This document shows, piece after piece, positions 12,753-22,254 of a stretch of 64,000 nucleotides of DNA. The notes under the pieces are model-generated. The model was not told where the DNA came from. It was given only the letters and a program-made list of their open reading frames with translations, and made no database searches. This stretch comes from Guillardia theta CCMP2712 (lineage: Eukaryota; Protista; Cryptophyta). Positions within the stretch are counted from its first letter, which is position 1. Each line of letters starts with the position of its first letter. Location of the stretch: NCBI RefSeq assembly GCF_000315625.1, contig NW_005434580.1, forward strand, positions 174,036 to 238,035, read 5' to 3'. The position numbers and the translations under genes are program-made.

Positions 12753-13569
12753 CTAGCAAGTAAATACATTGGAAACGTGAGGAGACAAACTTTTATAAAT
12801 CAATTTAAAATTTCAATGATTTTTACGAACACCCAAAAAATTCATTTATTTCTCTTTATTTTCCTTACCAAATCCCTATTATATTTTATTCAATTGAAAT
12901 AATAGCTGCGCATTGGTGCGGATCATCACACAAAATAACCAAAAACAAACGAGCGCACACACGGAGTGTGCCAGAGCAAACATAATAACCAAACTAATTA
13001 TGAATCCTTCAAGGATCATATAAGTAATAAAAAAATCTATGTGGGGTGAGGGGGCTGTGCTCATGGGGTAAAATATATAACACGTTGTTTTTACAAACCC
13101 CCTAAGTAACAAAATAATCTATCCCCGCCGCCACCCTCCGCCCCCTCCGCCTCTACCCCCCCGCCTATTTCACATAACGGCTTAATTTTTCTTTTCTTTA
13201 TTTTTTCCGCTCTATTACATGATTAATTTATTTGGCGGGGGGGGCGGGGGGGGCGGGGGGGTATTTTCCATATTCTAATATATATATATATACCCATAAA
13301 GTAAACAAAATTTTATATTATCCTAAAATCACGATTTACCCCCCCGCCCCCCCCGCCTAACGTCTATTTACCCTACGTTTACCATTCTTTTCACACTCCA
13401 CCACAGCCAAAACATGGCGGAGGTACCCCCCGCCTTACCCCCCCGCCTACCCCCCGTCCCCCCCGCCTACCTCCTTTTTATTAAAACCCCTTTATCATTA
13501 TCATTATCATTACCATTATTATACTAAATTATATTCTTTATTTTTATCTATCTTTCTTTATTATAAATG
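12753..13569 (+). repeat. Terminal repeat copy 1 (left TIR, ~817 bp)
   Basis: Begins CTAGCAAGTAAATACATTGGAAACGTGAGG and ends CTTTATTATAAATG. Highly similar to 32008-32819. Confidence 0.95.
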
Positions 13570-14013
13570 AGTACTAGAAAAGGCAACACATGGATTCAAG
13601 CGCTGAAAGAGTTCAATAAAGGTCATTCTGGCACGTGGTGCATTGTCAAGAAAGGATCAAAAGAATATGATCATGTTAAGGGAATCATGCAAGATCTAAA
13701 AACATATGACGGTAATATTCCACATAAGCAATATGCAAAACCTGTCAAACCTAAGAAACTTATCACTGCAAATCAGCAATACAAGGATAAAGCGAGTGTT
13801 GGACCTAAACAAAAGAAAATGACAAACAAAGAAAGATATGATAAAGCAATTAAATTAAAAGTTGGAGATATCAAAAGCAATAATAAATGCCCCGTGTGTG
13901 ATCATCAATTTGATAAAACACCATTAAAGGATGAATTTAAGGCACATGTCAACAGCGATAAACATAAGAAAGTATTGTCGAATTTAAAATTTATGCTTGA
14001 ATTTGATAAATAA
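13567..14013 (+). CDS. Basic viral protein with C-terminal C2H2-like zinc finger
   Basis: 148-aa ORF whose ATG sits at the inner end of the terminal repeat. Contains CPVC...H...H (CPVCDHQF...AHVNSDKH). Confidence 0.75.
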   Translation: MSTRKGNTWIQALKEFNKGHSGTWCIVKKGSKEYDHVKGIMQDLKTYDGNIPHKQYAKPVKPKKLITANQQYKDKASVGPKQKKMTNKERYDKAIKLKVGDIKSNNKCPVCDHQFDKTPLKDEFKAHVNSDKHKKVLSNLKFMLEFDK

Positions 14014-14042
14014 AAAACTAAGAAATTAACATATTGCGCTTT

Positions 14043-14756
14043 TTATTCAAGCAATGACTCCATATATTTTTGATGTTTTTTTGATTTAAGATGCCTATTA
14101 TGATCGTACTTAGATACAAGAGATCCACATTCACACTGCTGTTTTTCTTTATTGCGTTCATAATATTGTCTATCTTTTTCATTGAGTTTTTCTTTATTTT
14201 GCTCTCTGTATTGCTTCTGTTTTTCTTTTAATTTCTCTTTGTTTTGATCTCTATAATGTTTTTTGTTTTGTGATATTTTCTCTTTATTGTTCTCTGAGTA
14301 TATTTTGACATTTGTTTTTATTTTATCCTTATGATCTTCATAATATTGTTTGTGTTTTTCCTTTAAAGAATCTATGTTAATTTTGTAATACTCCTTTTTG
14401 TTTTGTGCTAATTTCTCCTTGTTATCATAATTATATTGCTTTGCATCTCTTCCGGCAATCCTCAAATTAAGAGTTCCAATCTCCCTTATTACCTCACCTT
14501 CTCTTTTATGAAGTTCTTTCTTATCATTGCAAGGGAATTTCTCATATAATTCAATATACCAATTCTCAAGATCATTAGTCTCGCGGATCTTTTGATATAA
14601 CAACATATTAAATGATGAATGATTCTCATAAAAGCAACTTTTCTTATGATAATACCACCTTGCATTTAATGAACAAGCAGATGAACCGACGTAAATGAGG
14701 TTTTTATCCTTCCTATACCTGATAGTATAGATAACCGAATTTTGATAATTTACCAT
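14043..14756 (-). CDS. GIY-YIG family endonuclease with helical repeats and C-terminal zinc finger
   Basis: N-terminal VIYTI...IYVGSS...ARW..H and E.E.I...GTLN motifs, Y.E.NKEK repeats, C-terminal CECG...RHLKSKKH. Confidence 0.88.
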   Translation of the reverse strand: MVNYQNSVIYTIRYRKDKNLIYVGSSACSLNARWYYHKKSCFYENHSSFNMLLYQKIRETNDLENWYIELYEKFPCNDKKELHKREGEVIREIGTLNLRIAGRDAKQYNYDNKEKLAQNKKEYYKINIDSLKEKHKQYYEDHKDKIKTNVKIYSENNKEKISQNKKHYRDQNKEKLKEKQKQYREQNKEKLNEKDRQYYERNKEKQQCECGSLVSKYDHNRHLKSKKHQKYMESLLE

Positions 14757-14814
14757 GTTTAGACTTGATCAAAAATTTATGAATCAAATCATTTTTTATC
14801 AAAAATGAATAAAA

Positions 14815-16708
14815 ATGATCAAATCTAAATTTTCCTTATTACGTAGTGATACATCAAATAAAATCTACATTGATATTCTAAAGATGGAGAGAACCAAAAG
14901 AAACACAAAGAAGCCTGAAGCTTTTAAACCTGATAACTTTAAAACCCAAAAGGCACAAAAGCCCAAGAAGCAACCCAAGCAGAATCAACCAAAGCAAGCA
15001 CAGCCTAAGCCTACACAAGCGAAGAGCATTGCTGCACCAAATAAAGCACCTCGCTTTTTGGAATACTATAAAGAACTTAAAGTTATGAATGATGACATTT
15101 CAAATAATTATGAAAACAGTCTTAAGCTGCTTGACTTTAATCAATATACCGATCCAACAAAAAGCTTTACAATATGGCAAAAGATGGAAGCTTTGGTTGA
15201 TTCAATTGATCCTAAAATCAATGGGCCAAACTCATTTATAAATGGCATCTACAAGCTCGATTATTCACCCGAGCAATATAAAAACCTTAATTACAAAAAT
15301 ATACCAACCTTAGAAGATCTAAAAAATAATAAGTATGTTCATATAGGCAGATCAAATCAGACAAAATTTAACATCTACAATCCGATTTATAATCAAGAAT
15401 GTCCCATCTGTTCCGCAAGATTTACAAGATCTTAAATTTTTAATAGAGAACCACAGACAAATAATTAATCAATTATTGATTTTGAGATTCAATAAGGGTC
15501 AATCAATCGCAACATGCCGTAATGATTTGTACAATATTGGGCGGCTAATGCGCATCGCTTTTGGTGATCAAAATGAACTTAAAACAAAACTTATCGCTCT
15601 AGCGATGGACTTTGACAACATCATAAGACAAGAAGAAGGACAGAACAAGTTGAACAAGTATGAAGAGGGTTTCATACCATATGGAAGCCTTCTTGACCTT
15701 GTTGAAGAAATGAATAAACAATTTAGAGAATCACTAAAAAACAAAGGTAAAAATGACCCCTTAACTTTCAAACTGCACATGTATGCCTTAATTTTGCAAG
15801 CGTATTTATACACGCCACCTGTCAGGTTGGAGCTCTCAAATGCTAAATTTACAACAACCTTATCAAATTTAAATAACAATACAGATTATATTCACATTCC
15901 AAATGACAAATCGAAACTTGTTGAGTATGTTTTTAACAAAGACAAGAAAAAGCACGGAGCTATAAGGTACTTTGTCGGCTATATGATCAATACCAGAGCA
16001 AAGATAAGCGAGAATCTCTCACCATATGCTTTTAAATTAAGTGATTTCATTCGTGAGAGCTATTCGCTTTATCCTCGTGAATATTTCATAACACAAATCA
16101 AAGATAGAAATAAACCAGCGTTAGCCAACATGGCCGTTTATCTTAAAAATATGTTTGATAAATTGCCTCTTAATGTCAATATGTTTCGCAGTAGTTTCGT
16201 AACATATCTCCACCAAAACAACACACCAAACAAGATTTTGCAAGACGTCGCCCTAAAAATGAGAAACTCAGTTATGCAACAACAAGCAACATATAAAAAA
16301 TCATTATCCAAAAATGAGATGATTTCGATCAAACAAGAAAAAGGATTCACTGACCTACAATCTGCGGCCGCTGAAACAATCAGGATCAAACAAGAGCCAA
16401 CCGATGAGATCCAACCTATCGAATCAGTACAACATACGATAAGGCAACCAAATAAACCACATATAAAAGATCCTAGAATATCAGAGCGCGAAAGACAACG
16501 CAAATATTATAACAATAAGAAAGCCGATATATTAGATAAGAAAAAACAGCAATACGAAGATAATAAGGACAAAATAACAGCTCGAAAGATAATTAAACGA
16601 TTAAATGACATCATTTCAACCGGTGGAACTGCCAAGCCAACAGCTGCCAGCATGGCAACATATCAACTATACAAGGAGGGCAACACATGGAAGAGCCGGA
16701 TACTCTAA
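14815..16708 (+). pseudogene. Tyrosine recombinase/integrase split by an apparent +1 frameshift (ORFs 14815-15435 and 15476-16708)
   Basis: Downstream ORF has YR-type motifs: PPVRLE (R), NKDKK (K), NMFRSSFVT (xxxR) and MRNS......TY (Y). It has only a TTG start in the ORF track, but its frame is open back to 15347 and overlaps the upstream ORF. Confidence 0.78.
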
Positions 16709-16821
16709 TTATATAAAAATGATTTGATTATTTTTTAATATATCAAGTAAAATAAACTTTCTTACTTTATATTAAAGTAGGCGAAGCCAAGCGTAGCGTG
16801 AATTTGTTTCTTTCGAAAACA

Positions 16822-17016
16822 ATGCCAACCCCACAAGCACTGCACTATAAAAAGAAGATTGCAACTGATAAAGAATTTCACGATAAAGAATGCAAGAGAA
16901 TAAATGAATATATTAAACAAAAATACACAAATGACCCAGAATATCGAGAGCTAAGAAACAAAAGAATGCGCGAATATTATCATAAAAAAAAGCTCTTAAA
17001 TTCTGCAACTGAATAA
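16822..17016 (+). CDS. Small basic hypothetical viral protein (64 aa)
   Basis: ATG at 16822. KY.NDPEYRE...R.REYY motif and K/R-rich composition. Confidence 0.6.
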   Translation: MPTPQALHYKKKIATDKEFHDKECKRINEYIKQKYTNDPEYRELRNKRMREYYHKKKLLNSATE

Positions 17017-17152
17017 GTGCATAATCTCTTTTTTTACTTATATGTATAGGCCGTGTCTATATATATATATCAAAAACATAGAAAGATAAAAAATGATATA
17101 AAGTAAATTTGTTTTATTCAAGTAAATTAAAATCTCACCTATAAGTAAAAGG

Positions 17153-19810
17153 ATGCCAATTAAGATGCCTTCTGCTGAATATCTCCTTGAAAAGGCCATT
17201 GAAGACTTTGAACATGTCAGGGACGTGATGGGTTTCAAATGCATGCCCCTGTATCCCAAAGACCCAAAGGATAAAACAAATAAAAATTTCAAGTCAAAGA
17301 TGATCATCGAAAAAACTTATGCCTTTCCTCCTAAGTGGCAAAAGGATGAGACACACAATAAGGAGACATTCAGGATTTGGAATAATAAAATCGTGAAAAC
17401 TATCAATGAAGAGAAGGCAGTTAAATATGCTGTTCTTACTGGTAAGGTGAATGGTATCACTGTCATTGATCTTGACACTGGCAAGGGAAAGGCTACGAAA
17501 GAATCAAGAGGCATCGAATTGTTAATATTGAGCGCCGACACATTCCAAGTCGCAACGCCCAACGGCTCACATCATTATTTCAAATATTGCCCGTATATTA
17601 AGACAGATTCAGGCTTCCTCGATTATATAGACTTTCGCAATGATGGAGGTTGCGCTATTGGTGCGGGTGTTCTCCGTGACGATGGATATTATAGCATTAT
17701 GGAAAAGAATGACATTCAAGAGTTTCCAAAAGACTTATTTGATAAAATAAGTGATAAATATAAAATAATGGTTGATTCCAAACCTTCAAAATGTTTAACA
17801 TTAACTCAACAAGATGATTGTCCTTCGGATGATGAAAGCCCAGTCGCTAAAAATAAAAAGGTTACGGAACTACCCGATAAAAAACTAAGAAATATTAATA
17901 ATCTATCAACAAAAGACAATAAGAAATATTTAAAAGCAAGGGAGGAAATAAGGAAAACCGTTCCATTTGAAGATTTCAAGAAATTATGCGATCATCTCAT
18001 TATCGATTTGTTTGATAACTATGATTCTTGGATTAAAATCGGCTGGGCCATGAAGAATGTTTCTGATGATGGGGATTATGTTGATGAAGCCTTTAAGATC
18101 TATGATGAGCTTTCCCAGAAATTCCCCGAAAAGTATAACGTAAAGACAACGACATATGATGTCTTCAACAATGCAAGACTTGAAGGCGCACGGCTTGGCT
18201 GGACTTTCTTAAAGACTTGTGTCGATGATTCATATGATGAGTTTGAGTTTCTGCCTGATGAAAATATTGAAACCAATTATAAAGAGCTTTATGATAGAAT
18301 TGAAAAATTGATTTTTAAGGAAGTGACAATAAACTATATAGCGCAATGCGTTTCATTCTACTTTGACAAGTATAAGGGAGATAATATTAAATATCAACCT
18401 TCTGAAAGAGAAGGTAAAGGCAGATGGTATTGCTGCAATGATAAAAATATATGGTGCGAAGAATCCGAGGCTTTATCCATAGTCCGAGTCTTTAAAAAAA
18501 TTATTCTTCCTATTGTTGTCAATTTAAAAGATAAGCACAATAAAATTGCACATAAAGCACTTGAAGAACAGGACATAAACAAAGCTAAAAAATACTTTGG
18601 ATATGCTGAGAAAATGAAATCATATGAGGTCAAGCTTTGCACGCCTAGAGAGTACAAACAAATCATCGATGATCTTAAAGACAATCATAAGGTCAATAAT
18701 TTCAATGCTGAATATTTAGATAAAAATCCTTTCCTATTCGCTTTCAATGACAAATTATTTGATACCCGAACATTTGAAATTCGAGACATTAGACCGGATG
18801 ATTATATTAAGTTAAATACTGGCTACCCATACCCTGAACGTGTTGAAGAGGATATCAAAGAGGTTAGAAAGATCATCCTTGATATGTGTCTTAACGAGGA
18901 CTATTGCGATTGGTTGATTAAATATAAGTCTATATTCATTGTAGGCGATAATGAGGATGAAAAATTTTATGTTGAGACTGGCAGCGGTTGCAACGGCAAA
19001 TCTATATTGAACGAGCTTATAAAATCATGCTTCGGTAAGTATTTTCTCACAATCTCTCCTGAGACCTTAACCAAGCCAAAACGTGGGCAAAATGACACTT
19101 CTGAATTATACGCGGCTAAAGGAGTAAGGGGTCTTGTCATGACTGAGCCCGAGGCTGATGATGATAATAAATTGCAATGTGCAGCTATCAAGAGTATGAC
19201 TTCCGACGAGATCAAGACAAGGGGCTTGTTTCGTGATCCCATCGAATTTAAAGGACAGTTCAAGCTTCTCATTCTTGCAAATGATGTCCCCCAACTCTCT
19301 AAATTTGATAAAGGCATCGCTAGAAGAACCGTAATTATCACATTCCCAAATATTTTCACAGATAATGAAAAGCTTATCAAGGAAGACCCAACACATTTTA
19401 AAAAGATTGACACCAAATTGAGGGCAAAGATTAGACAAGATAATAAATATAGGAATGCAATGATTCATCTTCTCCTTGATGCTTTCAAGGAAACAAAAGG
19501 GAAACTCCCTCCTTTGCCTGATGAATTTCAAGAAGCAACAACTGAATATCTGCACGAAAATAATGAGGTTCTTCAATACATGGAAGAGAACACAATCAAA
19601 GAAAAAGGAAAGGATATTCCTTTAGAAGATATATTCAGTGATTTCAGGGCTGCAAACAGAAGATCAAAGATTAACACAAGGAATTTATTCAGTCGAAGAC
19701 TTCAAGAAAGCGGATATAAAACCGAAAGGATCCAAAGGGATGGAGATAAGAAAACATATATAATAAATGTCGCTAAAAAAATAATAGATTTCAAAGATGA
19801 TGATGAGTAA
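17153..19810 (+). CDS. Primase-polymerase (primpol) / PriCT-2 / D5-like superfamily 3 helicase fusion
   Basis: TG..NGITVIDLD and TPNGSHHYF (primpol), YDSWIKIGWAMK (PriCT-2), D5_N region F.F.D..FD, Walker A GSGCNGKS, Walker B MTEPE, motif C ILAND.P and RR. Confidence 0.93.
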   Translation: MPIKMPSAEYLLEKAIEDFEHVRDVMGFKCMPLYPKDPKDKTNKNFKSKMIIEKTYAFPPKWQKDETHNKETFRIWNNKIVKTINEEKAVKYAVLTGKVNGITVIDLDTGKGKATKESRGIELLILSADTFQVATPNGSHHYFKYCPYIKTDSGFLDYIDFRNDGGCAIGAGVLRDDGYYSIMEKNDIQEFPKDLFDKISDKYKIMVDSKPSKCLTLTQQDDCPSDDESPVAKNKKVTELPDKKLRNINNLSTKDNKKYLKAREEIRKTVPFEDFKKLCDHLIIDLFDNYDSWIKIGWAMKNVSDDGDYVDEAFKIYDELSQKFPEKYNVKTTTYDVFNNARLEGARLGWTFLKTCVDDSYDEFEFLPDENIETNYKELYDRIEKLIFKEVTINYIAQCVSFYFDKYKGDNIKYQPSEREGKGRWYCCNDKNIWCEESEALSIVRVFKKIILPIVVNLKDKHNKIAHKALEEQDINKAKKYFGYAEKMKSYEVKLCTPREYKQIIDDLKDNHKVNNFNAEYLDKNPFLFAFNDKLFDTRTFEIRDIRPDDYIKLNTGYPYPERVEEDIKEVRKIILDMCLNEDYCDWLIKYKSIFIVGDNEDEKFYVETGSGCNGKSILNELIKSCFGKYFLTISPETLTKPKRGQNDTSELYAAKGVRGLVMTEPEADDDNKLQCAAIKSMTSDEIKTRGLFRDPIEFKGQFKLLILANDVPQLSKFDKGIARRTVIITFPNIFTDNEKLIKEDPTHFKKIDTKLRAKIRQDNKYRNAMIHLLLDAFKETKGKLPPLPDEFQEATTEYLHENNEVLQYMEENTIKEKGKDIPLEDIFSDFRAANRRSKINTRNLFSRRLQESGYKTERIQRDGDKKTYIINVAKKIIDFKDDDE

Positions 19811-19880
19811 TGATTAATAATACACAGCATAACAATAACAATATTTATAATTTTTTTAAATTCCCTTATTCATAAGCGAA

Positions 19881-20015
19881 AGACAGATGAAGACAGATGA
19901 GACAGATGATTTTACATAATTTAAACGGAAATATAGACAGGCCACCACCTACCACCCATTTATATTGAGGTAAAAATATGTAAAATCATCTGTCTCATCT
20001 GTCTTTCATCTGTCT
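19881..20015. repeat. Inverted repeat of 3x AGACAGATG iterons per arm; putative replication origin
   Basis: Arm 19881-19918 is the reverse complement of 19977-20015 apart from one extra T. 58-bp spacer. Lies just downstream of the primase-helicase. Confidence 0.8.
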
Positions 20016-20089
20016 CTATTGACTTTTATTATTTTTATAAATATACCTTACTAATCTAATGTATAATATTATATATAATCTATATAAAT

Positions 20090-20395
20090 ATGGTTTATAG
20101 ACATGTTAAGCTATCTAGAAGCGATGTTAAAGGCAAGAAATACAAGATGGAATTTTATAACAAGGATAAGCAAAGAATAAAAACGATACATTTCGGCGCT
20201 ATTGGCTATTCCGATTATACCAAGCATAAAGATGATAATCGCAAGGCTAATTATATAAGCCGCCATCAATCAAGTGAAAATTGGAATGTACCAGACACAG
20301 CGGGCAGTTTGTCAAGGTGGATCTTATGGAATCATAAGAGCTTAAATGAATCATATAAATCATATCTCAATAAATTTAACCTTACTAAATTATAA
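20090..20395 (+). CDS. Tlr6F-like (DUF5754-like) conserved PLV/virophage/NCLDV protein
   Basis: KKY...KTIHFGAIGYSDYTKHKD..RK.NY..RH...W...SRWILW signature. Family assignment is from recall. Confidence 0.75.
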   Translation: MVYRHVKLSRSDVKGKKYKMEFYNKDKQRIKTIHFGAIGYSDYTKHKDDNRKANYISRHQSSENWNVPDTAGSLSRWILWNHKSLNESYKSYLNKFNLTKL

Positions 20396-20641
20396 ATGGA
20401 CAAGCTACCAGAACAAGGATATGCCATCATCACAAAAATAGGTTGTTCCTACTGTGATTGGCTTGAAGACTTCTTAATTGATAAAGGCATTGAATATGAG
20501 AAATTTGATATACTCGAATTCAATGATGAAGAAATGAAAGATTTGAAAAGCAAGCTTAATTTTAAGACATACCCCGCCTTTATTCGTGATAGATATTGCA
20601 TCGGTGGATACAAAGAAGCTTTGAACCTATTATCTAATTAA
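20396..20641 (+). CDS. Glutaredoxin
   Basis: CSYC active site, TYP cis-Pro motif, IGGY. Confidence 0.88.
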   Translation: MDKLPEQGYAIITKIGCSYCDWLEDFLIDKGIEYEKFDILEFNDEEMKDLKSKLNFKTYPAFIRDRYCIGGYKEALNLLSN

Positions 20642-21198
20642 ACATTGTTATTGTTATGGATCATAATGTTAGGAACAATAGAATTATATTGTTCCGATCC
20701 AGAATTCGGCGAGCTATTGCTCGGAGAATCACCGTTTAGAATGATAGGCAAAAAATAATCTCCATTATAAGCATTCTTTACCTTATTTTTAATATGATTG
20801 GGTATATTCTCAATATTCTCAGTCAATGAATCATATTGAACTACAAAGCTATTAAGTTTATCATTAGTTAAATCATTGATATTGATTGCTTGCTCGATGG
20901 CATGTTCTAATTTAGAGAACTTAATCGATAGCTGATGAAACATATTCGCCTTTTCTGTAAATTTCATTTGGTTGCTCAGTCCTATCAATATCGCAGTCAA
21001 TAGATTGCATATTATGTTCATATATCGCATTACTAAAGGATCTTCTACATTGCTATTTAATACACTCATAATAGCAGATATAAAAATTAATGGCACATTT
21101 AAAACCTGTTTCCACATGTGAAAATATGAGCTAGTTTTGGAACAGACAACAGCCATCACTTTCGACATGTCTTTGTATTTTCTAAATAGCAAGGCCAT
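20638..21198 (-). CDS. SLATT-like two-transmembrane protein
   Basis: Two hydrophobic helices (VPLIFISAIMSVL and IICNLLTAILIGL) followed by F.EKA..F......FSKL...IE. Confidence 0.65.
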   Translation of the reverse strand: MALLFRKYKDMSKVMAVVCSKTSSYFHMWKQVLNVPLIFISAIMSVLNSNVEDPLVMRYMNIICNLLTAILIGLSNQMKFTEKANMFHQLSIKFSKLEHAIEQAININDLTNDKLNSFVVQYDSLTENIENIPNHIKNKVKNAYNGDYFLPIILNGDSPSNSSPNSGSEQYNSIVPNIMIHNNNNV

Positions 21199-21201
21199 TT
21201 A

Positions 21202-21327
21202 TCAGAAATGCGATATAATTATATTTTTTACCTCCTTTATCTTAGCTTCAAGATATTTCGGATATTCTTTTTTGTTATATGTTGGTGGTCGATTGCATGA
21301 GCCATCAAATGAAACACCCCGCGGCAT
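21202..21327 (-). CDS. Putative 41-aa microprotein MPRGVSFDGSCNRPPTYNKKEYPKYLEAKIKEVKNIIISHF
   Basis: Manually translated. Fills the gap between two co-oriented genes with 3-bp spacers on each side. Confidence 0.45.
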   Translation of the reverse strand: MPRGVSFDGSCNRPPTYNKKEYPKYLEAKIKEVKNIIISHF

Positions 21328-21330
21328 CCT

Positions 21331-22227
21331 TTATTCATTGAATGAGATAAAAGAACCAGCAAGAACAAATAATCGGCTTAAATACATCTCAAGCCTATTG
21401 ATAGCCTTCAACAATGTTGTCTTATTGGTCAGGCTGTACGTCTTAAATTCTAGATTAATGACATAATTTGACAATCTCTTGAATTCTTGCCCATTCTCAT
21501 TTATGATTCTTATTCTGATATTATTTATTGCCTTATTTGATATCTTGTATTCATTGCAATTGCTGGCATCTATAAGACTATAAAATGGAATATCATTTAG
21601 ATTTATGATGCCTAACACCTGCGAGCTCTTGAAATCATTATATATGATATTATTGATTGAAGAGGCCTCAAAATTGACATCGCCGCTGATCTCAACAATT
21701 AGATTGCTATGACCTGATAGATTGACAAATGAGGGGAGTTCTTCGCCGCTTTCTGTTATCTCATATTGTACATTGTCATCACATCCGACCAATATGCCGC
21801 AATTTACAGATGTAAAATAATATTTGCCGAATTCATCAGATATATTCTTTTTGACAATGATTGAATTTCTTTTCTCATTATATGAAAATGTAATCTGTGC
21901 CTCTGCAATATAAATATTGTTTTGCACGATGTCATTTAAATCTTTAATAAGGTTGTCGATGCTATAGAATCCTTCTGATAGATAGAAATTATGATTTGTT
22001 GTCTGATCATCTGGATCAACAAATGTTATCTTAAATGCATTATTGACACTAGGAATAACAGCGAAAAACGATTTAATCATTGAAAAATTCTTCATTGCTA
22101 ATGTCAAATATTCATCTGATCGACACTTAATCAAACCACTTGTCAAAGCATAAAATACATTTGAAATCTCTTCATCTGATTGTCTATTCTTTGACGATAT
22201 TAAGACGTTAAGGCTTTGGTGAGCCAT
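21331..22227 (-). CDS. Minor capsid (penton) protein, single jelly roll
   Basis: Polinton/PLV mCP-like pattern: N-terminal VLISS..R, LSEGFYSI..L...LN, VLGII, INNIRIRIINENG and NYVINLEF. Adjacent to MCP genes. Confidence 0.8.
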   Translation of the reverse strand: MAHQSLNVLISSKNRQSDEEISNVFYALTSGLIKCRSDEYLTLAMKNFSMIKSFFAVIPSVNNAFKITFVDPDDQTTNHNFYLSEGFYSIDNLIKDLNDIVQNNIYIAEAQITFSYNEKRNSIIVKKNISDEFGKYYFTSVNCGILVGCDDNVQYEITESGEELPSFVNLSGHSNLIVEISGDVNFEASSINNIIYNDFKSSQVLGIINLNDIPFYSLIDASNCNEYKISNKAINNIRIRIINENGQEFKRLSNYVINLEFKTYSLTNKTTLLKAINRLEMYLSRLFVLAGSFISFNE

Positions 22228-22254
22228 TTTTTTATTATATTGATATATTAATAA

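Noticed and set aside
15333-15350. Tiny intron repairing the recombinase frame
   Set aside because: The GT-AG candidates (14 or 18 nt) are too short and do not give the required phase.
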